Origin: Candidatus Bathyarchaeota archaeon
Lineage (GTDB): Archaea > Thermoproteota > Bathyarchaeia > TCS64
Direction of reading: 5' to 3'
Length of the DNA stretch: 64,000 nucleotides
NCBI GenBank assembly: GCA_963769425.1
Contig: CAVYLP010000004.1
Span: 352,494-416,493, forward strand
In this document: positions 36,901 through 45,061 of the stretch, piece by piece
How the letters are laid out: each line of letters opens with the position of its first letter
Position numbering within the stretch: the first letter of the stretch is position 1
Notes under the pieces: generated by a model
Seen by the model: only the letters and a program-made list of their open reading frames with translations
The model's database searches: none
What the model was told of the DNA's origin: nothing
Program-made: the position numbers and the translations under genes

Positions 36901-39444
36901 TAGGGTGAGGAGTTCATCACTTGGCTTTGTGGCTATGCAGAGGTTGTCCCTTGTCAGCTTCGGGGCTCTGGAGGAGTGTATTAGGTGCAGTATCTCTTTG
37001 GCGTTGTTGATTGCTTCTCCAGCGGCCTCTAGGTCGGGGTTTCCGTCCCGATAGTAGGCTCCAAGTCTGCTCTTAGCCTCCTCCTGCTCGGAGGCTACTG
37101 TCTTCTGCAGCTCCTTTAGCTCTAAACCCAATTTGAGATCTTGGAGAACAGTTATTGGGATTTCTCCGGTAATTGTCGCCCTTGATATTTCGTCCCTGAT
37201 ATTGTAGTAACTTGGCCTCAGGTATCTGAGGGGGGATGACCAGGTACCCTCAAGGTAGGTTATTATGGTTGGAAGATCAAGGGACGTAACCTCGTCCCTG
37301 TAAGCAGTGAGTTTTGACTTGAGTTCGTCTCTTTTTAGTCGCTGTGCCTTGGCCTTTTCGAGGTATTTCTCCGTCTGCTCAAGGTCAGCTTTATTGAGCC
37401 AGTTTCTATCAGGTTTGTTGGTACTTTCGCAGAGTTTTGTGATGCGGTGGATTCGTCTTGCCGTAGTGATTGTCAGTGTATCGGTGGGGAGACCCAGGAT
37501 CGTCGAGATCTTTTCTGTTAACTCTCCCCATTTATCTGCGTCTCTTATGGTATGATCTAGGAATTTTATTAGGTCATCGAGGTGTTTTAGGATGTCCTGG
37601 TCGCCCTTGAGATTGGGTTGGAGGAGTTCGGAGGTTTTCTTCCAGGTTTCCTCGACTCTTTCAGCTGTGCCTCTTGGGAGACTCCTGAACCTGCTATCGT
37701 ACCTACTTTCAAGGTCGGCTCTAATCGCCCAGTATTCGCCCCACTTCAGGTTATTTGCTTCAGCTACCTGTTGAACCTTGGTTAGGTCAACGTCTTGGAG
37801 CCAACGCTGTGGTGGGTGGGGGGTGGCTTCTATGATGTTCGCTAGTCTCTGGAGTGTGTCATAGCTTTCGAGGCTCTTCGGTGTATCGAGCCTGAGTTTT
37901 TCACAGTAGTCGTTTGCGTTTGAGTGTAGCTGTTTGGTTGCGTCTATTAGTGAGGTGAGTAAGTTGGTCCACTCATTGCGTACGTCTAATGTGTATGTTG
38001 TTGCTTTGCAGCCATTCCAGGGAAATTCTGCACCTTCTTCTACGACGACCCAGGAGTTTTGGAGGTAGTTGATCTGCTCTTCGAGGCTGAAGATTGTCTT
38101 CTGGTCGAGGGTGCTGAAGCTCGTGTACCCTGATGGGATTAGTGGAAGGGATCCGAGTTTTGCGACCTCGTTTAGGATCTTGTAGGCACTTGTGTTGGAG
38201 GGTTGTCTAGTCTTGTGGAGGGATTCAACGTATGTGTTTAGCTGGTTTCTCCGATGCTTGAGTCGTTCTATTTCCTCCTCGCTCATTCCTTTGCCTGGTT
38301 TCAGGTGCTCTGTTAGGGATCTGCTTAGCTCGTTGATGACCTCTCGCTTGTTTGCTTTGTAGCTGTGTAATTCGAGGCAGTACTCGTCGAGGTTCTTCTC
38401 CTTAAGGCGGTTGTATACTACCTCGAGTGCAGCCATCTTCTCGCTCACGAAGAGGACGCTTCTACCGGCGGCGATGTATTCGGATATTATGTTGGAAATT
38501 GTCTGGCTCTTTCCGGTTCCGGGTGGACCATGCATTACATAGGATTGTCCTCGGAGCGCGTATTGGATGCAGAGTTGCTGGCTGCTGTCGGCGTCCAAGA
38601 TCTGGTACGTTTTGCCTGGGTCCACGATGGCGTCAAGGTCCTCGACCTTGGGTAGGTTTCGTTGGATGAGTCCAATGTTGGAGACTCCTGCTAGGGCCTT
38701 CAGGGTTGGGTGTTCGGTGATGCGTCTTAGGTTGTCCGTCATGTCCTGGTAAATCGCGAGTTTGGCGAAGCTGAATAGGCCAAGGTATACGGTGGGCTCG
38801 ACGGTCCACCCCAGCTCTTTTACGACTGCTTTTATGGTCGCCAGGTAGCTTGACGGGGTCTGTTCCTCTTGCTCCTGGAGGTAGGAGAGGTCCAAGTCGT
38901 GCTCGTATTTCAGTTTGAGTATGAGGGCTGGGTTGACGAGCAGGTCTTCCTCTACTGGAGGTACCCTTATCTGGTATGGTTCACGCGTCGAGTCTCTTGT
39001 GAGCTCGACGGGGGTTAGGAGCAGGGGTGAGATGATCTCCTGGCTGCTATTCTTCTCGGTCCACCTCAGTTGGCCGAATGTTACGTAGAGGATCCGTATT
39101 CCACGTTCAGTGTACTCGGTTTGGGAGCGTCGGCTTAGGTTTCGGAGGGTTCTGTCGAGTTGGTTTGGGTCCGACGACTCTAAGGTGATCTCGTTGCTCT
39201 TGGGTGCCCTCTTTTTTGGTGTTGGCTCACCCGGCATCGTCGTTGGGGGTTGTTGGATCTCCCAGCTTCTCCCCCTTGTGACGAGTCGGCTGTAAACGGC
39301 CTCCATGTCGGGGGAGGTGAGGGTGAGGAGTGAGGTTTTAGTTGGTTGGAGATAGATGGCTTTGTTTCTTTTAGTGAGGTCGATTAGGCGAAGCTTCCAG
39401 TCATCTACGCGTCTGGCTACCCTCTGGGATTCGGGAGATTCCAA
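33907..39444 (-). CDS. Giant SF1 (Upf1/DNA2-like) helicase with DUF4011-like N-terminus, restriction-endonuclease-like domain and DUF3320-like C-terminus
   Basis: 1845 aa. The N-terminus reads WKLRLIDLTKRNKAIY. Walker A is HGPPGTGKSQT (nt 38506-38532). An about 800-aa helical insert follows, then VVFDEASQI, AGDNKQLPPT, RWHYRSKHDSLIAFSN and GDERDVIVIS. A PD-(D/E)xK/Vsr-like block (LRVDIGV...VILDGESYW...GWDLHRIW) lies at about nt 34630-34878, followed by a C-terminal about 185-aa domain. Confidence 0.9.
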   Translation of the reverse strand: MESPESQRVARRVDDWKLRLIDLTKRNKAIYLQPTKTSLLTLTSPDMEAVYSRLVTRGRSWEIQQPPTTMPGEPTPKKRAPKSNEITLESSDPNQLDRTLRNLSRRSQTEYTERGIRILYVTFGQLRWTEKNSSQEIISPLLLTPVELTRDSTREPYQIRVPPVEEDLLVNPALILKLKYEHDLDLSYLQEQEEQTPSSYLATIKAVVKELGWTVEPTVYLGLFSFAKLAIYQDMTDNLRRITEHPTLKALAGVSNIGLIQRNLPKVEDLDAIVDPGKTYQILDADSSQQLCIQYALRGQSYVMHGPPGTGKSQTISNIISEYIAAGRSVLFVSEKMAALEVVYNRLKEKNLDEYCLELHSYKANKREVINELSRSLTEHLKPGKGMSEEEIERLKHRRNQLNTYVESLHKTRQPSNTSAYKILNEVAKLGSLPLIPSGYTSFSTLDQKTIFSLEEQINYLQNSWVVVEEGAEFPWNGCKATTYTLDVRNEWTNLLTSLIDATKQLHSNANDYCEKLRLDTPKSLESYDTLQRLANIIEATPHPPQRWLQDVDLTKVQQVAEANNLKWGEYWAIRADLESRYDSRFRSLPRGTAERVEETWKKTSELLQPNLKGDQDILKHLDDLIKFLDHTIRDADKWGELTEKISTILGLPTDTLTITTARRIHRITKLCESTNKPDRNWLNKADLEQTEKYLEKAKAQRLKRDELKSKLTAYRDEVTSLDLPTIITYLEGTWSSPLRYLRPSYYNIRDEISRATITGEIPITVLQDLKLGLELKELQKTVASEQEEAKSRLGAYYRDGNPDLEAAGEAINNAKEILHLIHSSRAPKLTRDNLCIATKPSDELLTLSRSLGASLQSWRAAQKPLRVILPERNQNGKTRFVNLPLRELKDWATELKKRLETLHEVLQPALITLTSDHPKTLLTLLLDIRKTERLQSFEEEETEQAYQLRETYGGLYQGTSTNWLKVIAAIEWTRALLKALPTKPTAEVIGFATDPTLEPPKFDSQKHLREIHSLINELNSRFSNPLWGERAQSLTVDEVLLVSEKLAQRIDDLQAWIDFNNSSSRLIEGGLRNLVEQLVEKRYRREILIDVYKKSIYSGLINYFAEEDATLGSFRAKDQDQVVDDFRSLDSALIERSPKKVIEAANAKKPQGVFVDAPDSEINILLKEAAKKRRQMPLRQLFNRVPNLIRRLKPCLLMSPISVSQFILPERLHFDLVVFDEASQIFTEDAVGSIYRGDTLIVAGDNKQLPPTPFFQYIAENDTEWEEATQEVGVYDSVLDECMGMGLPVSMLRWHYRSKHDSLIAFSNKEFYDNKLITFPPAANKGGELGLEFTYVPDGVYDRGGARNNPKEAVVVADIVFKHLTEHPEKSLGVMTFSISQMNTVKDEIEARLAQNPEYKNLLHEDRLRGFFVKNLENIQGDERDVIVISVGYGYDKGGVMTMNFGPLNMDGGERRLNVAVTRAREKVILVSSFKSSEIDLSTTKSVGVKCLHDYMTYVEQASKTPELPNEESTNLPEIQKDVAEEIRKLGYVAIPQIGESSLRVDIGVKTPENLHRFILGVILDGESYWSTATTRDRDRLRAQVLEGMGWDLHRIWSPEWVYRRATEVERLAQALKQAETHEKGHEKIQIKGTTPKKGIEYEKVTERRSDELPGSEPYRRASLESSQTFNSIPPSQRELYLDLYLLEIRNLLPKLVRVEGPIHLEYAFKRLNKAMNLKPAPPSFHKAYWATVEEMTKKGKLEKRGDYLWPMGVITVKMRVPLNGPEAEVRPIEYIPSEEIETMMLHVLSHSLGLSRESLIQETANAFRARQTPKTNKILETELEKMLVGNRINLEGKTLHLKK

Positions 39445-39794
39445 AACGACGGACCTTCTTTAAACAAAATAGTTTTCTCACAGGTTAAGAGTTTACACAG
39501 TATCAAAACTATGTTTACCGCTAAAATGGTCGAAGCCGTGTCCCTAGGAGAAGGTGGCAACTGAATTGGAGGTATGAAGGCGTACGAGTCTACATTATAT
39601 TTAATTTAATGGGTAATTTTGCTTCATCACCGGGGCTAAAAAATGGATAGACATGACATTTGTGCATGCTACAACTGCTCAGTACAGATGCGCGTGTTTA
39701 ATGTATACTGGTGAATCACGAATAGGCTGGGTTGAGATGTGAGCGCATTTAATGAGGAGATTGTGGAAGTTGAAAGCGTGAGCTATGTCTTGAG

Positions 39795-40361
39795 TTATTC
39801 TCCCAAGAAAAGCAGATCATAATCAGTGAGGGTGGCTCTGATCTTCTCCACGGCCTCATAGACCTGCTCTTCCCTCTTGGCGCCGGTTATCACGAGCTTC
39901 CCCGAGGCGAATACCAGCAGAACTACCTTAGGCTCCGTCATCCTGTAGATGGCGCCGGGGAACTGCTCAGGCTCATACATAACATTGTCCAAGACATCGG
40001 CCATCGTCTCCAGGTCGATCTTGCCGTAGAGGTTCGCTGAGGCGACCATGTTCTGGATTACTATCTTCGGTTTCCCCAGGATGATGATCCCGTTCGTCTT
40101 CAGCTCTCTGACCACCTTCATCACCGCGCTCCTCGCCTGCTTCTCCGACTTCGCCCCCGTGCAGACCATCTTACCGCTGCCGAATACGAGGGTAGCCGTC
40201 TTCGGTCGCTTTAGCCTGAAGACTAGTCCGGGGAATTGCTTCGGCCGGTACTCCACGTTCTTAAAGACCTTCATGATGTCGAGGAGGTTTATCTTTTGGT
40301 CGAGGGTCACCGAGGCGACGACGTTCTGTATCTTCGTTTCGTATGGGCTTGGTTTGCTTAT
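39795..40361 (-). CDS. tbp: TATA-box-binding protein (TBP), probably with a non-canonical ATA start
   Basis: Two TBP repeats are present (EYRPKQFPGLVFRL...SGKMVCTGAKS and MYEPEQFPGAIYRM...SGKLVITGAKR). The tracked ORF starts at GTG 40310, but the conserved first strand KIQNVVASV is encoded in frame upstream of it. Confidence 0.88.
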   Translation of the reverse strand: MSKPSPYETKIQNVVASVTLDQKINLLDIMKVFKNVEYRPKQFPGLVFRLKRPKTATLVFGSGKMVCTGAKSEKQARSAVMKVVRELKTNGIIILGKPKIVIQNMVASANLYGKIDLETMADVLDNVMYEPEQFPGAIYRMTEPKVVLLVFASGKLVITGAKREEQVYEAVEKIRATLTDYDLLFLGE

Positions 40362-41161
40362 TTTTCAGCCCTCCTACTAAGCTCCCCTGAGACACTCTGC
40401 GTACTCGCCTCTGCCCGCCGTAAAAGCAGACATAGGACCCCATGAGGTAACGGAGTCACGTTGTGAACCAAGACTCTCGGACTCAACCTTATTCAACCCG
40501 CCTTGTAACTATGCTGGTGTTGATCTCATCTAAACGTTCCATCAGTTTAACTCTCCGGCTTTGGGTTGTGTGCAAACCTCCTGCGAGGAGATAAAGAAAG
40601 TGCAAACAGGACCCTTTTACACGCTTTTCGTTATTGTTTGATGCTAAGGGCGCCAGTTTTTTTCAGGGTTTTGGCTGCGGAAACCCTTGCTGCTACAATC
40701 GCGTCAACCCTTGTCTTGCTATGCTTCTTTTTCCGGATTTTCTGTTTGAACATTTTTCTCATTTTCTTATCAAGCTCCTTTTCTTCATTCTGTCTCTTGT
40801 ACCTTTTTAGATGAAAGCTTAGAATGGCACTTATTGTTATGCCGCCTGTGGTATAAACCCGCTTATGATTCGTACGGCGACCAAGTTGACTGAAGGTACG
40901 CGATTACATCCAGCTTACACGGTTTGGGATCCGTTATAATCGCTTGTTGGTTGGTCTGCGACCACGGTTCTGAGGAGGCTCTTCGGTACCATAACTTTAA
41001 TGTTCACTGACAAATAACTAAATATTGCTTAATGTAATGAGCAATAAATTTGGATATTGCTCAATAGAATGATCTTTAACTAATCAGGATTCTTAGTTGA
41101 CCGCTAAATTATGATACTGCAAGGCTGCAATGTTATCTAGAGTAAATCGCACGCGCGCGGA

Positions 41162-41530
41162 TCACTGTGATGGGTAATGCTTCTTCGTCCCGCGAACGGT
41201 TTTCAATGCATCTTGTAGTTTTTCGTCCCGCTTCTCGGATTCTGTCAGTAGTCTGTAACCTTTCTTCTCCTCTTTTATTTTCAATGGTTCGTCAGCTCCA
41301 TTAGATCTACTTGAGGGTGGCTTAAGAACCTCTACATTCGAACTGATCTTGTTAAAACAAACGTGTATATGATTATTGTACGTTGATAAGGAGAAGAAGA
41401 ATAAGGGATACTGTCGCCTCACTATAGAAGCGAAAATGTTATGGTGGTCTTTGTACTGTTTACTAGCCCCCGTGGATTCACTCACGAGGATTCTCAGGCT
41501 CTGTGAATAAATCCGCGAACTCACCTCCAA
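41162..41530 (-). CDS. Hypothetical protein
   Basis: 122-aa ORF, no confident family. Confidence 0.25.
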   Translation of the reverse strand: MEVSSRIYSQSLRILVSESTGASKQYKDHHNIFASIVRRQYPLFFFSLSTYNNHIHVCFNKISSNVEVLKPPSSRSNGADEPLKIKEEKKGYRLLTESEKRDEKLQDALKTVRGTKKHYPSQ

Positions 41531-41816
41531 TCAGCTCGGAAACAAAATTGCCCAAGTCTCATCAAAGCGAGACTTTCGCTACTAATTTTCTTCTATCGAT
41601 TGGGGAAGAGGCTCCGACCTGCCACCTTTGAAGGTCACCGCGGACACACCGTAGTATTCAATAGATGGGATAAAACAAAATCATCTCATCTCAGCATCCG
41701 TGAATATGTATTTTTCCGCGTTCTTTGAAAATGTTCGGTTTTTATGGTTCTCTTAGGGAAGAGAGCGTCAGTTTTTTATTCGGTTCCATGAGACCCAGGC
41801 ATAGACCTGATGTGGG

Positions 41817-42293
41817 TCAGAGCTCTAGACTACGCGAGGACTCCACGTTTACGGCGTTCAATCCCTCAGATGAAGCCGCATCTATCAACCGGTTGTCGGC
41901 CCCTAAAAATAGGTTGCATCCGACCCTTTTCCCCGCGGAGATCTGGAGTGCGTCAGCCTCGTAGATGTGATACTTGACAACATACGTCCATGATTGAGCG
42001 AGCTCCTCGGAAGATACGGGGAGCACCTCGAGGTAGCCCAATCTGCTGAGCTTCAACGTCTCGGAAACCAGGTCCGATCGGGCGTTCGCGAACTCCTTCT
42101 CGGAGATTAGCTTTCTTGTGAGGTATCTGTCGAATGCTCCGATCACTTCGCCTATGTTCCAGAGTGAGAATGCTAAGTGTATCTCTCCAGCCTCGGACTT
42201 GCTGTAAGCACTGTCTACGTAGTCTGAGCCCCTCTCCTCCAGGTACCTCTTCACGATGCAGCTACTGTCTAGGTACACTAGCTGCTCTTTCAT
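41817..42293 (-). CDS. vapC: PIN-domain toxin (VapC-like)
   Basis: 158 aa with VYLDSSCIVK, EADALQISAG and ADNRLIDAA acidic-residue segments typical of PIN domains. Confidence 0.8.
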   Translation of the reverse strand: MKEQLVYLDSSCIVKRYLEERGSDYVDSAYSKSEAGEIHLAFSLWNIGEVIGAFDRYLTRKLISEKEFANARSDLVSETLKLSRLGYLEVLPVSSEELAQSWTYVVKYHIYEADALQISAGKRVGCNLFLGADNRLIDAASSEGLNAVNVESSRSLEL

Positions 42294-42558
42294 CTCTCAT
42301 CGCCCTCACTTCCTTTCCGGCGGACCAGTCTACGGATGGTCTTCTATCCATTATCTCCGTAGACGATGGAATGACGTTGATTGGGATGCTCTCGCTTTTA
42401 GCATAGCTTGTGAGTATGGCTGTCGTGTTGTAGTTCCTCATTGCTTCGTTTATTGCTTGGCTAAGCTTCCTCGAGTCGCCGTACCGGGATGAGGCGGTCT
42501 TTTTGAACTCGCGGAGGGTCTCCTCATCTATGTTTACCGTTGTTTTCATAGAACGCAT
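42262..42558 (-). CDS. vapB: Antitoxin candidate (VapB-like, RHH-type N-terminus)
   Basis: 98 aa with MKTTVNIDEETLREFKK at the N-terminus. Overlaps the start of the downstream PIN gene. Confidence 0.55.
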   Translation of the reverse strand: MRSMKTTVNIDEETLREFKKTASSRYGDSRKLSQAINEAMRNYNTTAILTSYAKSESIPINVIPSSTEIMDRRPSVDWSAGKEVRAMRDERAASVPRQ

Positions 42559-42794
42559 GTATGGCTCACCATATATATGGTGTGGTGCTCGTCTTTATGT
42601 GGATTCCGATGGTATACAATTTAATTCATACTTCCTTTAAAGCTTCGTTCCTCCAATCGTAAAAATTCAAGGAGGCGTTTTGTCTTATGTTTTTAAGCGT
42701 GTCGTGTTCGACCTCTGTTGGCCTCGACACAATGGGGTAGGAGAAGCTGAACGGGCAGCGTTTGTTCTGGCGTTTTTCCTCACTCAAATACGGT

Positions 42795-43170
42795 TCAGAT
42801 AAATCCTAGCCTGCCGAGATGTTTCTCATCATTCGAATAGATTTTTGTAATTCCTAGGCGCTCCATTATCGCAAGGTTTACGGCGTCAAATCCACTCGCT
42901 GGGCCGCCATGAAGTTTGAGTCCATGATGAGGTCGTCTGAGTCGAAGCTGGTTACCGAAGATTGATGGATAGGATAGTATCTTCTCCAGCGTCTCTTTGA
43001 TGTCCCCCTGCCTACCCATAGCCTCCAAGACCCACGCAACCTCACAGAGAACGAGTGTCGAGGTCGCAGCCTCCTTCCCCGACTCGATCTCTCGAGGATG
43101 GTGGTCGATGTTTATTTCGAATCGGGGGTGTGGCCACGTAGATGAAGATGTTTGTGTCTATGAAAAGCAT
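42795..43170 (-). pseudogene. vapC: Frameshifted PIN-domain (vapC) gene
   Basis: ATG at 43170 gives MLFIDTNIFIYVATP. The reading frame then shifts at the G5/C5 run 43124-43128 into ...PRFEINIDHHPREIESGKEAATSTLVLCEVAWVLEAMGRQ..., which continues as ORF 42795..43028. Confidence 0.7.
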
Positions 43171-43409
43171 CCGTTAGTCCCTTCCAGCGCTTTTCTGGCA
43201 GCGTGTATTCGAGCAAGTGCTTTGAGGTTGCCTACGGGCTCTGTGACTCTCACGCTGCCGAGTAGGGACTCGGTCGGTTTAGTGTATCTCTTGATGGGTA
43301 TGAGTATTATTTATCCTCCTCTTTCCCTAACTCTGATTCGAGTCTTTTCCTCGATCTCCTTTTTTTCCCTTATTTCCTTGGGGAGTAAGATTCGACCCTC
43401 TTTTCCCAT
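43158..43409 (-). pseudogene. vapB: AbrB/SpoVT-type vapB antitoxin with in-frame TAA
   Basis: The sequence reads MGKEGRILLPKEIREK...VRERGG-TAA(43311-43313)-IILIPIKRYTKP...ARKALEG. It is 84 codons in one frame, interrupted at codon 33. Its stop overlaps the vapC ATG. Confidence 0.65.
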
Positions 43410-43523
43410 TTCGACATACGTTTGAATTTATTTAGAAAACGATGATATTTACCATTAATAAATTTATTCGACATTTATTCCTCCGAAGTAGAGAATATCT
43501 AATTATAGATACAATCCCGCGCG

Positions 43524-44185
43524 GATACCTGCCACTAGGAACCGGATTCCTACTAGGATGGTATCTCGCGCACCTGTGGGTAGGAATCCCATTCCTAGTA
43601 GGGTGGAACCGCGGAGTGCTCACCACGACCCCTCCATACCTGCCACTAGGAATCTGATTCCTAGTAGGGTGGTATCCCGGAAATTCGTCACTTTTTGCAC
43701 CTGCCACTAGGAATCATCATCTTTGTACAAGTTGATCCGATAGCGGGATCAAATGATCCTGCCACTGGATCAGTTGATCCCACTAGGGGGGTATACGCTG
43801 ATCCAAGTAGCTGTATCATATGATCCAGTAGGGGGGTACAGGTGTACACGATCTCCTGTCCATCTGATCCCAGTAGGTGGGGATCCAATTCCCAGTAGGT
43901 GGGATCGGTGTACCCAGTAGGGGGGTATAACGTTTTTTAAGCGTGTTTGATCCAAGTAGGATGGATCAGTGGTACCTAGTAGTAGGGTGCTTGGTACCAA
44001 GTAGGAGGGTACCGTCGGTACCCAGTAGCATGGTACCGGTGCTCGGATTTCGTGCATCTTGGTACCGTGTAGCTGGGAACTCGGTACCATGTGGCGTGGA
44101 TTATGGTACCCTGTAGGGTGGTTCGGGGTACCCATGTAGGGTGGTATAAGGTTTTTTCATCGCGTCGGTACCATGTAGCAGGTAC
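43524..44185. repeat. Array of more than 20 short hairpin/iteron units with conserved (A/T)GTAGG or CACTAGG core
   Basis: Units have the form G(G)WWCC-N1-2-AGTAGG-N2-3-GGWWC(C), for example tgatccAAGTAGGatggatca, gatcccAGTAGGtggggatc and ggtaccAAGTAGGagggtacc. GTAG cores at 43807, 43828, 43873, 43895, 43917, 43956, 43982, 44001, 44025, 44069, 44091, 44113, 44136 and 44175 give a 21-24 bp period. Three blocks use ATACC/ATTCC, GATCC and GGTACC stems respectively. T6 tracts lie at 43933-43938 and 44152-44157. Confidence 0.85.
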
Positions 44186-44370
44186 AACGTCTTCGATACA
44201 TCTTTTTACTCTTCCCAATGGAAATAGGTCTTTGATTGGCGAGAACTGCTAGGGTTTCAAAGCTATATGCGAGTAGGTCGGGTTCCTGCCTGTTTAGCTA
44301 GGAAGCTATCTCCAGGAGCCGTATATAGGTCCTGTAGGGGCTCCCTATATACTGCGGATACTGAGAAAGG

Positions 44371-44841
44371 TTACGCCTTGAGGTAATGGATCATCAGCTG
44401 ATTGTATTTGCTGGTTAACCGGAACATATCTAATCTTTCAGCGAGATTACGCCTTGAGACAAGGTCCCTAACCCTCGCGGCTAATACGTTGAAGGAAGAG
44501 AGGTTCTGCGACTTCACGCAGCACTCGTCGGCGCCGACCTTGAGCGCCCTCTCCGCGATCATGTCGTCGTCGTGGCAGGTGAATAATACGAAGGGCGCCT
44601 TGTATCCATCGCTCCTCAGCTTCTTACAGAGCTCCACACCGTTCATCTGGGGCATCTGGTAGTCGCTTACGACGCAGTCGAATTGTCTGTCTCTGAGGAG
44701 TTCAAGTGCCTTATCCGCGGAGTTGGCATTCTCGAAGCTGAAGTTCTCGTCCTCTCGGCTTAAGGATAGGTTGATTAGTTCTAGCTGTCCAGGGTCGTCG
44801 TCGACTAGTAGGACTCGTATAGCCTTGTTTGTCTGGCTCAT
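44371..44841 (-). CDS. Stand-alone CheY-like response-regulator receiver
   Basis: The pattern is IRVLLVDDD...FDCVVSDYQMPQMNGVEL...PFVLFT...ADECCVKS. The start is taken at the internal ATG 44841 (MSQTNKAIRV); the tracked ORF extends to 44898. Confidence 0.8.
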   Translation of the reverse strand: MSQTNKAIRVLLVDDDPGQLELINLSLSREDENFSFENANSADKALELLRDRQFDCVVSDYQMPQMNGVELCKKLRSDGYKAPFVLFTCHDDDMIAERALKVGADECCVKSQNLSSFNVLAARVRDLVSRRNLAERLDMFRLTSKYNQLMIHYLKA

Positions 44842-45061
44842 CCCCCCAAGATTGGGAATCGCGGAATATAATACACTAAGCATTTTTCGCTGGTGCATTC
44901 AAAATTAGTGATTCTCATTCCTCTGTGCTCATGGGCGATAATTGAAAGCGGAGCGTTGAGGGTACAGGAGGGCAAAGATGATGAGGCTGCGCGCATGCTG
45001 TCGTATAGCCACTTGGCTTAAGCATTCAAGCAGAGGATACGACATAAATCAATCGATGGGT

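Noticed and set aside
40631-40762. A 43-aa highly basic minus-strand ORF (MRKMFKQKIRKKKHSKTRVDAIVAARVSAAKTLKKTGALSIKQ) upstream of tbp.
   Set aside because: It is too short and of too low complexity to support without homology or expression data. It is not reported as a feature.
41162-41530. An HIHV motif suggested an HUH/Y1 (IS200-like or REP-associated) transposase that might explain the hairpin arrays.
   Set aside because: The surrounding sequence does not follow the IS200 TnpA pattern and has no convincing catalytic Tyr region. The match is a single tetrapeptide.
43524-44185. Possibility that the repeat array is a CRISPR locus.
   Set aside because: The units are only about 22 bp and are not identical. 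There are no unique spacers of constant length, no leader/cas context, and the stems vary between units.
43432-44218. Four overlapping minus-strand ORFs (43432..43707, 43688..43888, 43770..44135, 43976..44218) with repetitive peptides such as YHPTRNxIPSGRY.
   Set aside because: They lie in three different frames across a nucleotide repeat array that happens to lack stops. The repetitiveness comes from the DNA repeat, and there are no start contexts or protein-like domains.
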